Shown here in pieces: positions 1-13,035 of a stretch of DNA of 64,000 nt. The notes beneath the pieces are model-generated. The model worked only from the letters and a program-made list of their open reading frames with translations. It did no database searches and was not told the DNA's origin. Made by a program: the position numbers and the translations under genes. Each line of letters opens with the position of its first letter. Within the stretch, counting starts at the first letter, position 1. Source of the stretch: Geosiphon pyriformis uo1 (taxonomy: Eukaryota > Fungi > Glomeromycota); the NCBI GenBank assembly GCA_016748015.1, contig JAAOMT010000226.1, forward strand, positions 124,001 to 188,000. The letters run 5' to 3'.

Positions 1-841
1 AGAAAGATATCAATGTGAAATAGATAAAGATTAAAGGTCATTTTGGTATTTGTGACAATAAAAAAGCTGATGCTATGGCTGGTAATACTACATGCTCTCA
101 GTTTTCCTTGCTGGTGGGAGTACAAAAATGTTTCTTGATGGCTAAGGACATGGTTGTGTTTGGCAATTCTTGGCATTTTATTCAAAACTTGTACAGATCT
201 ATTTGTCATGCTCATTGGGAAGTTGGACTTGGTTGTAATATTGTTCCAAATGCTTTGATTGGAAATATTAACTGGAGAGCCACTTCAAGAGTATAGCATC
301 TTGACTTGCATATGCTTGTGGGGTCTACTAGTCAAAAGTTTTCAGTTCTACATTTGTATCTAATAAAAGCTGTACATCATAACTTCTAGTGGCAGTTAGG
401 AAAAAATTGTATAATAAAAGTTATCCTGGTGTACAATGTTTGCTGTGTGGTAAAGTGGAGCTGCCTGATTATGTTTTTTCATGTGCCTTGAATATTGGTG
501 TTCAGGAGGAGATTTTGGCTAAGGCTTCTGCTTCTTGAATATCTTTGGTAGGAGCTGGTGCTTTGTCTTCTTCTACTGTTTTGTGGTTTCTTGATCTGTG
601 CTTATTAGATATTGGTCTATACTCAATTGTGTGCAAAGGGTTTGTTATGGAGGATTGGTATGTGGAAGCAGCTGGAGTTTTTGATAATAGAAAAGAGACT
701 GTGGGTGTTGTTGTCGATTATGTAAGATGTTTTGTTAAGTTACATTGTTCTAGGATCTGGCTGGTGAGATTTAAGCATAAGGTAGATATAGAAAGAGCTG
801 GTTTGGTCAGGAATGGTGAGTTGGTGTCAGGTCTGACATGG
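1..841 (+). mobile_element. Degenerate non-LTR retrotransposon (LINE) ORF2 3' part: end of RNase H and C-terminal CCHC region; interrupted by element A
   Basis: Reads VK*IKIKGHFGICDNKKADAMA (RNase H WxKxKGHxGxxxNxxAD motif, TGG>TAG), then YPGVQCLLCGKVELPDYVFSC; the reading continues after 30212. Confidence 0.8.
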
Positions 842-1616
842 TGTTACAAGTAATTATTTGGGGTCTTAAATCAAATAACAAACTCATAACTTGGTGCTCA
901 ATATCTACTCTGATGGCTGATGGTGATAGTATTAGTATGTTGTCTTTATCTGAAGGTTTTGATTGAGAGTCTTTTGTATAATAGACAGAGATTCAATGAT
1001 GAAATAGTTGGTTGGTGAATGGTGTTCCCAATTTTTGTCTTCAGTTTGGTGGCCAGTTTATTTTGGCAGTTGTGCTTTTTTAGTAAGCTATCTGTTAATA
1101 TATATATAATTTTATCCTTATTTCTGGGTCTTTTACCAGACTATCTGTAATGTTAATTACTCAGTGCTTTAATCCTTAACCAGTTAGTATACAACAAGAA
1201 AATCAAGAAAAAGAAAATAAAAAGAAGAAAATAAAGAAATGAGCCAAGACAATATGCAAGTTAGGATCTGTCAATAGCCGTGATCAAGAGCTATTGTTTC
1301 AGTGTGGTTAAGTATCAATTGCTATCAACATGAAATGTTAATAGTGAAGAGTAAGTGGAATGGTAAATAATTATTTATTAATATTTGTGAATAGAAGGTT
1401 GCTTAGATAAAATCTAAACTAAGAAGTCTCTAATGGAAGGATTCTGTTTTTTTACTTTTAACACTACTGCTATATATACATAATTAATGTTCTATGAGAT
1501 TGCTCACATTCCTGAGTGATGTGCTATGATTTCTTGAGCAATGTGCTCATGTACCACATACTATTCACTTATTGGTCTACTATTTCCCTATATCTGTTTT
1601 CTTTTTATGAGTAATA
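842..1616 (-). repeat. 3' LTR of A
   Basis: TGTTACA...GAGTAATA; homologous to 29334-30208; purine tract abuts it on the minus strand. Confidence 0.93.
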
Positions 1617-1630
1617 TTATCTTCTTCTTT

Positions 1631-2297
1631 TTAATATTGAGCTCCGTCAAAATCTTCATTCTGAATTAGCTCTAATACTTTTTTTTCTAGTATTGTTTGT
1701 TCAATTTTATTTTTTACGTTTTCTACTTGTATATTGTTCATTCTTCCCCATTAATTAATGGTTATGGTTTCCCATGTCAGAGTGTAACAGTATTTCTGGA
1801 TAGTTCTAAAATATGTTGTGTAGTCAATAAATTGTTCTCACATATAGTGTTGAGTTTGTCTTTTTTTCAATAAATTCTTTAATTTGCTGTATTATGTTTT
1901 GGTTAAATACTCTTTTGAATTTGTTGATATACAACTTCTGAATATTCAACTTTTGACCTAATTAATAGTAGCAGTATAATATTGGAAGTTGTTCTGTCTA
2001 TTGCTTTCAATTCTCTTTTGTAAGTTCTTTTGTTAGTGCCATAATAAGTATTTTTCCAAAAGTGTTTCTTACTTTTTCTATTATGTTATTTGACCAGTTT
2101 TTATTACTCTTTGATATTTGCTAATATGGTGTATTTTTTGTTTTTTTTTTGGTATTTCAATAGCAAATTGTTTGGTTGTTAATGATAATTTCTATTTTTA
2201 ATAATTGTTAACTTAATGCCTGAAATAATTGCTAAGCTATGATGTGAATATGATCTGGTATTTCCATTTTCTTGGTTGCTTTTGTTGTGTATACTGT
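1631..2297 (-). pseudogene. ORF3 of A (accessory ORF after integrase)
   Basis: Homologous to ORF3 of C/D/E; ends DFDGAQY* at the PPT; several premature stops. Confidence 0.75.
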
Positions 2298-2326
2298 GTC
2301 TTTATATACTCTTTTATTGTTTGATT

Positions 2327-3703
2327 TTATGTGTTTGGTCCAATGATTATGATTGGTTCCAGATCTCGTGAAATCTCATCTGGTTGGACTAGTATTTGTT
2401 GTACTCCTAATTGTAGAATGTTATTGGTAGATGATGATACTATTTGGTGATATGATTTCAGTCAATCACCATGTGCTGCTTTGGCTAAAATTTTGTTGTC
2501 TCATCTTAGTTTATAAGCTCCATTTCCGAGAATTTCTTCTATGTAAAATAGTCTGTCCTATTTGGGGTCAAATTTTCCACTCCATTGTTTTTTTGCTTTG
2601 GTACGATGTAAAAGTACTTTGTCTTCAATCTTGAATTTAACTGGTTTGTCTGGTAGTTGATTATCATGTCTTTTTTTTTGTTTTTCTTGTGACTTTTGGA
2701 TGTTATCAGCTGCTCTTTGCCATTTATTTTCTAATGTTTCCATTAAGTCATATGTTCTTTTTAGCAATGTTTCCTGAAAATTGTCTTCAGTTATTGGTTC
2801 TGTTAGATAAGTGGTGACTTCCATCTCAACTGGTAATGTTGCTGTTCTACCATATACTAATTCAAATGGTGTTGCTTGTATAGTGTCTTGCTTCATTGTC
2901 CAATAAGCAAATAATACTAATAGTATGAACAAATCCTATTTGTTCTGATTTTCTTGACTGATCTTGGCGATTGCTTTACACAATGTTTTGTTAAACCTCT
3001 CAACTAACCCATTTGTTTGTGGATAGTATGATAATGATAATGGTTTTTTGATTCCAAATCTCTGACTTAATTCTGCTAATGTTCTGTTCACAAAGTAAAT
3101 TCCTTGATCTGATAATAGTTCTTTTGGACATCCATGTTGACAAATCAAATCTTGATGAATGAATTTGGCAACAAATTCTGCATCTGCTCTTTAAATGGCT
3201 TTTGCTTTTGGCTATTTAATGAGATAGTCCATGGCTACTGCAATATATCTGTTGCCTCTGCTGGTGATTGTTAATGGTCTGACTAAGTCAATTCCAATGT
3301 AATCAAATGGTTGTCCCACTTTAATTGGTCTTAATGATTCACTTGGTCTTGTTCCACCTCTTTTCTGACAAACATCACAATTCTGAACATATTAGATGAT
3401 GATTGGATACATTGATGGCCAATAATATCTCTTTCTGATTCTTTTTATGGTTACTTCTTTATAAAAATGTCCTGCTGTTGGGTTTGAGTGCATGTTAAAT
3501 AATATTGTCTCTTTCTCTGGTTCTGTGATTACTCTAATTGGTTGATCTGAATTTTTTCTGTTCTTCTAGAAAAGTATATTTTGATGGTTGATCAAATATT
3601 TTGATTGTTGTTTTATGTTTCTTTGTTCTTTTTGAGATAATTTCTCCTTGAACAATTGGATATTTATATAATATTGAAGTTGTTGGTATTTTTGTATATT
3701 CAT
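2327..3703 (-). pseudogene. Integrase of A
   Basis: MNIQKYQQ start, H2C2 region, LLSDQG, PQTNGLVERFN, TPFELVYGR, tail LEPIIII. Confidence 0.9.
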
Positions 3704-3733
3704 CTTTTGTTATATTTTTGGGTTGGAATGTTT

Positions 3734-6700
3734 TTAGATTTGTCTCATTTGTGACAGTCCGTCAGCATTTCCATTGTCTTTTCTTTTTTTATAATGTACT
3801 GTATAATTAAATGATGAAAGTTCTATTTTCTATCTGGCATGACAATTGTTTGCAAATTCTTGTTTCTGAATTGAAGTCAATTCTTTGTGGTTAGTATACA
3901 CATCAAACTTTTGACTCAAGTATTCCTTCCATTTGATAACAGTCCAATAAATAGCTAAGTGTTCTAGTGCTGGAGTTTCATAGTTCTTTTCAGCTGGACT
4001 TAAGCTTCTACTGGCATAAGCTACTGGATGTTCTTTTCCATTGGGTTTTTTTTGTGAGAGTACTGCTCCCAATGCTTGGCTTAATGCATCAGTGGTAATT
4101 ATAAATAGTTTGCTGTGGTCTGGATACATCAATACTGGAGTTTGGATAAGCTTTTTTCTTAATATATCAAAAGCTTTTTGTTGAGTTTTTGTTCATTCAT
4201 ACTTCATATTCTTTGTTTGGAGTTGGTATAATGGTTGAGCTATTTTGGAAAAGTTCTTAATGAAGCAGTGATAGTATCTGGCAAATCCCAAGAATGCTCT
4301 CAATTCTGTAAGATTATTTGGTACTGGAAAGTTCTTAACAATCTCAATCTTGTCTGGATCTGTTTTTATTCTATCTTTGCTCACCACATGTCCCAAAAAC
4401 TTGAGTTCAATTTTTCCAAAGAAACATTTGGTCACATTTAGCTTTAGTCCAGCTCTTCTTAATCTTTCAAACACTTGTTGAAGATGATACAAATAATCAT
4501 CAAATGTTTTTGAGAATACATTGGTGTCATCCAAGTATACAACTACTGATTTCTATAGTAATCCAGTATAGACAATTTCTATGAGCTGTTGGAATATTGC
4601 TGGAGTGTTCATCAAGCCAAATGGCATGACTTTAAATTCAAAATTTCTCTTTTTTGTGATAAATGCTGTTTTCTCTTTGTCGGCTGGATTTATGACTACT
4701 TGCCAGTAACTACTATCTAAATCCAGTGTTGAGAATCATTTATTTCCTCCAAAAGCATCAAATTCTTGAATCTTTGGAGTTGGATAGCTATCACCTTTAG
4801 TCACTCCATTCAGTTTCTGATAATCCACACAGAAACAGATCTTTCTATTTTTCTTCTGGACTAGTACTACTGGTAATGACTATGGGCTCATTAATGGCTG
4901 AATTAGTCTGTTGTTAAGCATTTGGTTAATTTCTTGATGAATGATCTCATGGCTAGCTGGTGGTACTCTGTATGCTCTTTGTTTAATTGACATTGCATTT
5001 CCAGTTTTGATCTGATGCTGGATGATGTTGGTTCAACCAAATTCATTTTTGATCGCAAAAATGTTATTGAAATTGTTGAGTAACATTTTTAGTTGTATTT
5101 GTTGAAGTGGGTCTAGATTCCCCATGTTTATCTGTTCCAATTGTTTTGGTTGGAGCAGATAACATTCACTTCATCTATAGATGGTTTGTGATGTGATGTC
5201 CACATATCCACAAAGTTGTGGAAAATCTGAAACGTGGTTTGGTGGTTGATCCTCAACTTGAGTGACTAAATATTCAATAATAGTTCCTTTTGGTATTTCG
5301 ATGACTTTTTCAGTTGCTTTATAAATGGGAATTTTGATGTTTTTGGGGTTTTTGGCTGATATGTAGAGATTAGTAAGTCCAATCTCTCCTAATTCACAAA
5401 TGGTGGCTTCTGCTTTAAACAATTAAGCTTAATCCTTTACTTTTCTTTTTATGGCTAACATATACTGGTCATATGATGGAATGGAAATTAATTGATGGGT
5501 TGAGATAATTTCTCTTTTGTCAACAATTTTTTTCTCTGCCATATTGACTGATATGTCTATTCTACTCATTGATTCAAATCTCTGTATCCTCTTGCTGTTA
5601 TACCTAATTTTTCTCTTTTTTCCACTGAAACTAACTGAGCTATTTTTACCAGAGGTAAGAATATTGTCTGTGCTATCTTTTCATTTGGCTTTATAATATA
5701 GGTCTTTTCTGAGTCATTTTGTAGCATGGCAATGATATTTCCTATGTATTCTATATCAATTATTCTTCCTTTGATGTTGATTTTTTTTTTCGCTAAACTA
5801 CTTTTAGATGCTAATTGGACTATAGTTATTGCTAGAATTTTCAGAGCTATTTTGAAATCAATACATGTGTGTGAATTTGGTTCCAATTTGATGGCTTCTT
5901 TTCCTGGATATCTCAGATCAAACCCTATATCAGTATTATGTGTGCATTCTGACATGATACCTTCATTATTATTACTATACCATTTAAGTTCCTGCTCCTT
6001 AGAGAGATCAGGAAGTGCAATGTATATTTTGAGATTGAAATCAGAGTTTAAATTATTAATATTTTCATTGCTATATTGCGCAGAGCTAAAACAGGTGTTT
6101 TCATCATTGTCATTGTCAAAGTTTGAATCGGGATTGAAAACTGATTCCGATTCTATTATGCAGCTGCTAATTGGTTCTTCTTCTGAGATCGTGTAGATCA
6201 TGCATAGTGGTGAATTATAAATGAGGTCACACTCATTACAATATTGAAAGTCATAAGGAATTAAGCAATGTTGACATAACTGAGTATTCAACTGCTTCAA
6301 ACGCTGCTTTTGTTCTTCCCTGGTAGATGCTAGCTCTTAATAATGTTCATGGAATTGTTCTGGATCTAGAAAATTTATGACTGGTTCTGGGTTCCAGTCA
6401 AGTTTTATAGGTTCAGATAGGTTATTTTTAATCGTTTTTATTTCTTCTGGAGTCACTTCTTCAATTTTGACAAGTACCATTTGCCAGATTTCATCATCAT
6501 CATGTGGGCATCTGTCCAGACATTTGATGGCTCATCTCCAAACAGCATCTATGGGCATTTTTTTTTACCCAGTTGCTTATAAGAATCGTGTATTGACATG
6601 ATTTGTTACATGTTCCTTCTCAACCAGGAATGTCATTCCATATTTTTTCGTCCAAAAGAGTTTCTCCACAAGCCAAGCAGGGTTTGTTATCCCATTTTTC

Positions 6701-7202
6701 TACTCATTTTGGTCTTTTAAAACATTCAAGGACACATAGGCGACAATAGAATTTGGTTGCTGAAGTATACTCCTCATTGTCACTACAGCAAGCACCCATT
6801 GATGACAATTTCTTACTGCAATTGACACACACCAGTTTTGGATGATGATAAGTAGATTGTTGTGGTGTAGTGTAGGAATTATATGTGGTGGTGTTGGTAG
6901 ATATTAATCCTTTTTCTTTTTTCTTTCTTTTTTTTTTTGTCTTTTCTTTCCATTCTTAAGTTGGTTCTTCTGAGTCGTAGTTGGTTTCCCAGTTTTGGTT
7001 GGCATTCTAGGTAAGTTTTTTTTTCTGCTTTCCTTTGCTGTTGTCATCCCATGAAGGTACTGGCAGCAGCTTATTGTATTCTGTGTCAGCCCAGAAAACT
7101 TGATAGACTTCTCAGGTAGGTTTTTTTTCTTCTTTCTTGAATTCGATGAGTGGTGTTGTCGAGTTAGTGGTCTTGAAATAACCACACATGGCTAATACAT
7201 AT
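3734..7202 (-). pseudogene. A pol: Cys-rich module, dUTPase (~5560-5940), RT, RNase H
   Basis: LCQHCLIP; GFDLRYP..SKSSLA..GRIIDIEYIG..IAQ; YLDD; TTDALSQALGAVLSQ..PVAYASR. Confidence 0.9.
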
Positions 7203-8204
7203 TGTTACCAGAGGTTTTTGGTCTCTTTTTTTAAATGTTGTTAATGTTGATTTGCTGTGAATTCACATTTTCAGGAAGTAGTTGGACCTTTAGTAACTGA
7301 ATTTATCTTCAAATTATCTCCTATAATTTGAATTACTGGGCTTATAAGTGGAATAGCCAATTCTTTGCCAGTTACTTTATGTAGTTATGTTGTAGTAAAC
7401 GTCAACTTTTTCTCAGGAATTGCTCATCTGGAAGCTCATTAAAAATGTGTAGTTACTTTGCTGTGAAAGTCAACTCTTCTACAAAAATCTCATTTGTAGG
7501 CTACTCTAATGATTATAATAAGAAAATAAAAGAAATGTAAAAGAAATTGAATTCTGTAAAGGGAAACGTTTTCTATCCAGGCCTGGAGTCACTAACAGTT
7601 TACTGAAATTGGTAGCTAATCAATTTCAAAATGTTAATTGTGTTTTGGAGGTTTTCCAAGTGCAATAATTTAAGGAATTTGGTTTTTTGAATTATTTGAT
7701 ATTTTATTTCTTTTTTGTGTGTAGGAATAGTTCTAAGTAATAAATCTAAAGTAAGATACATTTTCTTGAAAAAAAAAGCTCTTCTTTAATACAACTTGTT
7801 GTAATACTAGTCTATGGACTTGTACTTTTTCTCTTTGCTTAAATTTTGGTGAACTAAAGATACATTTTAATGAACTACAAATTATTTCGCTGAATTATTG
7901 ATTAATTTGGGTGAACTATTCATAATTTTGGTGAATTTTTATAAATTTTGGCGAATTTCTTATAAATTTCGGCAAATTTCTGTAAATTTTGGCAAATTTT
8001 AGAATGTTACAAAGTTCAGGGTATTGTATAATTTGATCATTCTACTTTCTGTCATACTAATTGAATTATTTAATTGAATTGTGATATGTGATAATTGATT
8101 AAATAATAAGTAATAATTTGAAATAATATTAATATACTAATTAATTTATAGAAATTATAAGAGTAATTTTATGCTAATTGATAGCTAAAATTCTACTGGT
8201 AACA
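7203..8204 (-). repeat. 3' LTR of B
   Basis: TGTTACC...GGTAACA; contains a ~20-bp AATTTTGGCGAATTT array at ~7840-8000. Confidence 0.93.
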
Positions 8205-8900
8205 TAATCTCCTCCTCAAGACTGAGCTCCGTCAAAGTCCAAGCACTATCTGTGATATTGAAATAGTGATCCAAAATAATTGAAGTAATCTGATCTGAAA
8301 ATTGTTGAAATTTCAGTTTTGTGAGTTTGCCAATGTATTGGATTTTTATTGGTTGCAGTATTGGATTTTGTAGAACATTTTCACAAGTATTAAACAAATT
8401 ATAAAGTCTAAAAGCTGCTCTAAGTTTGTAGTGAGTATTTGTTAGTCCAGCTGCTGTTTTAAATTCATTGTGAATTTGTTTTTGTATAGCTTCAGGAGTG
8501 AGATTTGTTGCTTCAAGTTCCAGTTTTTGTTCATAAAGTGTCTTTCCAATGTGAAAGTATTTATAGATAGGGGTGTGTTCATTGTTTTGTTTATTGAGAA
8601 GTAGTAGAAGTTTTTGTTACATTGTAGCATTCGGTAAAATGTCAATAGGGACAATTAAAAAATTTTCTTCCAGTGCTTGCTTCAAAAATCTTGGTAACCT
8701 ATTTTCAGAGTGACTTCTTGTTTTTCTTCTATAGGGGTGATAGTTCTGTGGATGATTTACTACTGGGGCTGTGGTTTTTTTCTAAATATAATTAATTTGA
8801 CTTCCATTAATTGTTATGAATAAGTCAGGAAGTGTTTTCAAGGCTAACATTAACTTTTGGGATATTTGTTAAATATTTTAGGGAATAATAATGATAAAAT
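8185..8900 (-). pseudogene. ORF3 of B
   Basis: Frame reads ITINGSQI...YKYFHIGK...RAAFRLYNLF...IGKLTKLKFQQFSDQITSIILD, which aligns with ORF3 of C/E; start uncertain. Confidence 0.7.
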
Positions 8901-9018
8901 TGACTAATTATGAAAAAGGAGAATAAAGAAAATTATTTTTGGGTATGAGGTTTTTATTTTTTTTATTTTTATTTTTTTTTTGTGTAATTATTTTTTTATT
9001 AAAAAATTATTGTAAAAT

Positions 9019-10346
9019 TTAAGTGTTCAAGTTTGGTTGTTGTTCTATTATAATTATTGGTTCTAAATTTCGGGGAATATCTTTAGGATTAATTAAAGAA
9101 GAATGTGTATCAATTTGTGGAATTAATAGTTCAGGATTGTTTTTGGAATAATAGTGTTTCAATCTGTCTCCATGTGCAACTTTTGCTAGTATTTTGTCAT
9201 CAAATCTTAACTTGTATGATCCATTGCCTAGAATTTCATGGATATAAAATGGTCCATTCCATTGTTTTTCAGCCTTAGTTCTGTATAAGAGAACTTTATT
9301 TTCAACTTTAAATTCGTTGGTAATGGGTGGTAATTTGTTGTCATGTCTTTCTTTTTGTTGAGCTTGAGAATGTTCAATATGAGTTGCTGCTATTCTTTTT
9401 TTTTCTTCCAGTGTACTAAAAAGAGTGTAGGCCCTTTTTTAGAGTGTTTCTTAAAAGTTCTCTTCATTAATTGGTTGCACAGAGTATGTTTCTACTATAA
9501 AATTAATTGGTAATGTTGCTGTTCTTCCATAAATTAAATCAAATGGTGTGTGTTTTGTAGTATCTTGTTTTAGTGTTCTGTATACTAGTAACACTAATGG
9601 AATAAAGATATCTCATTCCTGCTCAAAATCTGTTGAGACTTTGGCTAGAGATTCATACAATGTTCTGTTGAAATGTTCTACAAGTCCATTTGTTTGAGAG
9701 TGATAAGGTAATGATAGAGGTCTTTTGATATTGAATTATTCACAAATTTTTTGTATCAAGTTGTTCACAAAATGTGTTCCTTGATCAGATAAAAGTTCAA
9801 TTGGGCATTCATGTCTACAAATAATGTCTTCATAAATGAAATTTACTACTGATTTTGCATCTGTTTTTTGGATGGCTCTAGCTTCAGGCTATTTGATTTC
9901 CTTGGATTGTGATAGGTAATAGTCTGACTAAATCAATTCCAACTTTGTCAAAAGGTTGTCCAACTTTGATTGGTTTTAAAGGTTCTGTGGGGCAAGTTCC
10001 TCCTCTTTTTTGACAACTATCACAAGATTCTATATATTGTTGAATGTTTTTTGCATGTGAGGCCAAAAATAATGTTCAAGAGTTCTTTGAATTATTCCAT
10101 CTCTTCCCAAGTATGCTGAAAACGGATTTGTGTACAGTTATATAAAATTGTTTCTTTTTCATTCTCTTGTACTAATCTGAGTGATTGGTTTGGATTTTTG
10201 TGATTTTTATAATAGATTTTGTTATGGTGTATAAAATATTGCTTTGATTGGTGTTGTAAATAATGTTTTTTACTTGGAGACCAATTCTCTGACATGGTAA
10301 GAGTCTCCAAATAGTTTTTAAGATTGCTGTAGTTTCTGGGATCCAT
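9019..10346 (-). pseudogene. Integrase of B
   Basis: MDPRNYSNLKNYL; CDSCQ; LLSDQGTHF; GPFYI; tail NLEPIIIIEQ. Confidence 0.88.
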
Positions 10347-10403
10347 TGTTGTTTGGTTATTTTGTTGGTAGGTTGGTAAGTTATGATGGAATTGTTGTTG
10401 GTG

Positions 10404-12075
10404 TTAGGCTTGTTTCATTCTTAAGAGGCTATCAACATTGGTGTGTAGTTTTCTTGGTTTGTAATATACAATATATCTGTAGTCTGCTAGGAAGTCATTC
10501 CATTAAGACTGTTTGTCACTTTGTTCAGTTTTCTTTTTATTAAGCCATTTGAGGCCAATATTGTCAGTTATTATGTCAAATTCTTTTCCATTCTTCAGGT
10601 ATTGTTAAAAGTGTTTGAGAGCCCAGATGACTGCAGTGGCTTCCAATTCAGTTGAGCCATATTTGAGTTCTGTTGGCTTGAGTGTTCTACTGGCATAAAC
10701 AATAATTTGTTCCTGGCCATTTTCATTCAATTGTGATAAAATGGCACCAAATGCTATGTGTGAAGCATCAATAGCTAATTGAAACCATTTGTTAAAGTCT
10801 GAATAAGCAAGAATTAGGGCTGTTGTCAATTTTGTTTTGAGAGTTTCAAAAGCTTTTTGTTGTTCTTCAGTCCATTTGTATGACACGTTTTTGTTGGTAA
10901 AATAATTGAGTGGTTTGGCAATTTCTGAGAATCCTTTTATGAATTTTCAATAGTAAGAGGCTAATCCTATAAATCCTCTTAGTTCTGTAGTATTTTTGGG
11001 GGTTTAAAAGTTTTTGACAGCACTGATTGTTCCTGGATTTGGTTTGACTCCATCTTTACTAACTATGTGTCCAAGAAAAATCAAGCTTGTTTTTTCAAAG
11101 TGACATTTCTCAATGTTTAACTTTAATTCTGCTTTCCATAATCATTGAAAAACTTCTTGCAGGTGAATAAGGTGGGCTTCAAAGCTTGGTGAGTATATAT
11201 CAATATCATCAAGATAGACAATTATTGATTGCCATAAGAGCCCTTCATATACAACATCTATGAGTCACTGAAATGTTGTTAGTGCATTGCAGAGTTCAAA
11301 AGGCATAACATTAAACTCATAGTTTCCTTCTTGAGTGGTGAATGCTGTTTTGGGTCTATCTTTTGGGTCCATTTCGACTTGCCAGTATCCACTTTCCAGG
11401 TCTAAAGTTGAGAAGAACTTGGCTTTTCCTAGAGCATCTAGCATGTCATCAATTCTTAGAAGAGAGTAGACATCTCCAATTGTAACACTATTCAGTTGTC
11501 TATAATCAACACAAAATCTGATTTTTCCGTTTTTCTTTTTAATTAAAACTACTAGTGAGACCCAAAAACTTCTTGATGGTTGAATCAATCCATTATTGAA
11601 CATTCTTTGGACCTCTTCTCTAATGAATTGGTGGCTGGCAGGTGGCACTTAATAAGCTTGTTGACGTTTTGGTGGAGCATCTTCTGTATGATTTTGATGT
11701 TAAACAATATCCATTTTTCCCAAGTCATTGTTGTCTTTTGCAAATATATCTGCAAATTCAGCTATCAATTGTTTCAATTGTCTTTGTTGTTGAAGTTCTA
11801 AGGAATCCATGTTGATTTGAGAGAGTTTTTCTTCTAAAATGTGGTAGTTTTCAGTAGTGGAAATAATATTTGGATTTGGGAGTAGAGTGTGCTTTACAAT
11901 TTCGATGAAATTAGAGACAATTTGAGAGTTTTTATCTTGAAAGATATTGCTGTGTATAATTCTAATTTCTAATTTGTTTAATAAGACAATAGGGTAATTA
12001 TTGGGGTTGTAGAATATAACTTGAAATTTTTTCATTCTTTTGGGAATATAAACGTTTGGAATTGATATTTCATGC
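10404..12075 (-). pseudogene. B RT-RNase H
   Basis: RFCVDYRQLN, LDLESGYWQV, YLDD, AIDASHIAFGAILSQ. Confidence 0.9.
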
Positions 12076-12974
12076 TGTTATTCATAGAATATAGGAAATA
12101 TATTATTATTAGCAAGTAGATATTAGCCAATCAGAAATAGATGTAGTAAATGTAGAATTCCAGGATTCCTCTTATTAAGAATTGCAGGATTCCAGGAATT
12201 CCAGGATTCTTGTTACAAGGAATTGAAGAATTGAGGAATTTCAAATATGTATATATAACAGTAGTATTAGAAGCAGAAAAAAAGAAAGAATTAACACCAA
12301 GAATCCTTAGCTTAGTTACCACAATCCTCAAATAAATAATTATTCACTATATTAGATTCATTCTTCATTATCAACACTTCATGTTAATAGTAAATAATAC
12401 TTAACCATACTAAAACAGTAGCTCTTGATCACAGCTATTGATGGGATACTAACTTGCAAATTGCCTTGGCTTATTTTTTATTTTTTATTTTATTTTTTCT
12501 TTATTTTCTTTGCTGTCTACTAACTTGATTAAAGAATTTACTCTTGGAGGACTTACGGAGGAATAAAACACACTTAAACAATACTTACTTTTAGAGAACT
12601 TATGGAGGAATAAAACTTACTTAACCAATACTTACTCTTGGAGGACTTATGGAAGAATAAACTTGCTTAAACAATACTTATTCTTGGAAGACTTATGGAG
12701 GAACTGACATCAGAAAACAGCACTGACATACACTTATGGAAGATATTGTATTAGGAGAATCATCAACCATCAAGCTGAGCAAGCAATTGATGAAACTACA
12801 GTTTCAGGAAACTACTAATAAACTGTTATTACTGAATCTCTGTCCATTATACAAAGAACTCAATTAGAAAACCTTTAGATAAAATACCTTCAGATTATCA
12901 TCATTATTAATTGCTTTGAGCACCAAGTTACGAGTTTATTATTTACACAACACCTCAAAGAATCACCTGTAACA
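12076..12974 (+). repeat. 5' LTR of C
   Basis: TGTTATTC...TGTAACA; TATATA ~12250; AATAAA 12331; four ~47-bp units at 12538-12703. Confidence 0.94.
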
Positions 12975-12976
12975 TT

Positions 12977-12993
12977 TGGTGCTCTCTGTGAGG
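12977..12993 (+). promoter_or_regulatory. Primer binding site of C
   Basis: TGGTGCTCTCTGTGAGG, 2 nt after the LTR; equivalents in A, D, E, F. Confidence 0.85.
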
Positions 12994-13035
12994 TATAATT
13001 CTATAGAGAACCAGTGCCAACAACATTATCCAAAC

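Noticed and set aside
5726-6196. Antisense ORFs over pol/gag (also 26693-27085, 46629-46973, 55363-55656 and others)
   Set aside because: These are shadow frames of biased coding sequence, with no motifs and inconsistent boundaries.
12538-12703. CRISPR-like periodic array
   Set aside because: The units are whole tandem copies without unique spacers, lie inside an LTR of eukaryotic DNA, and there are no cas genes.
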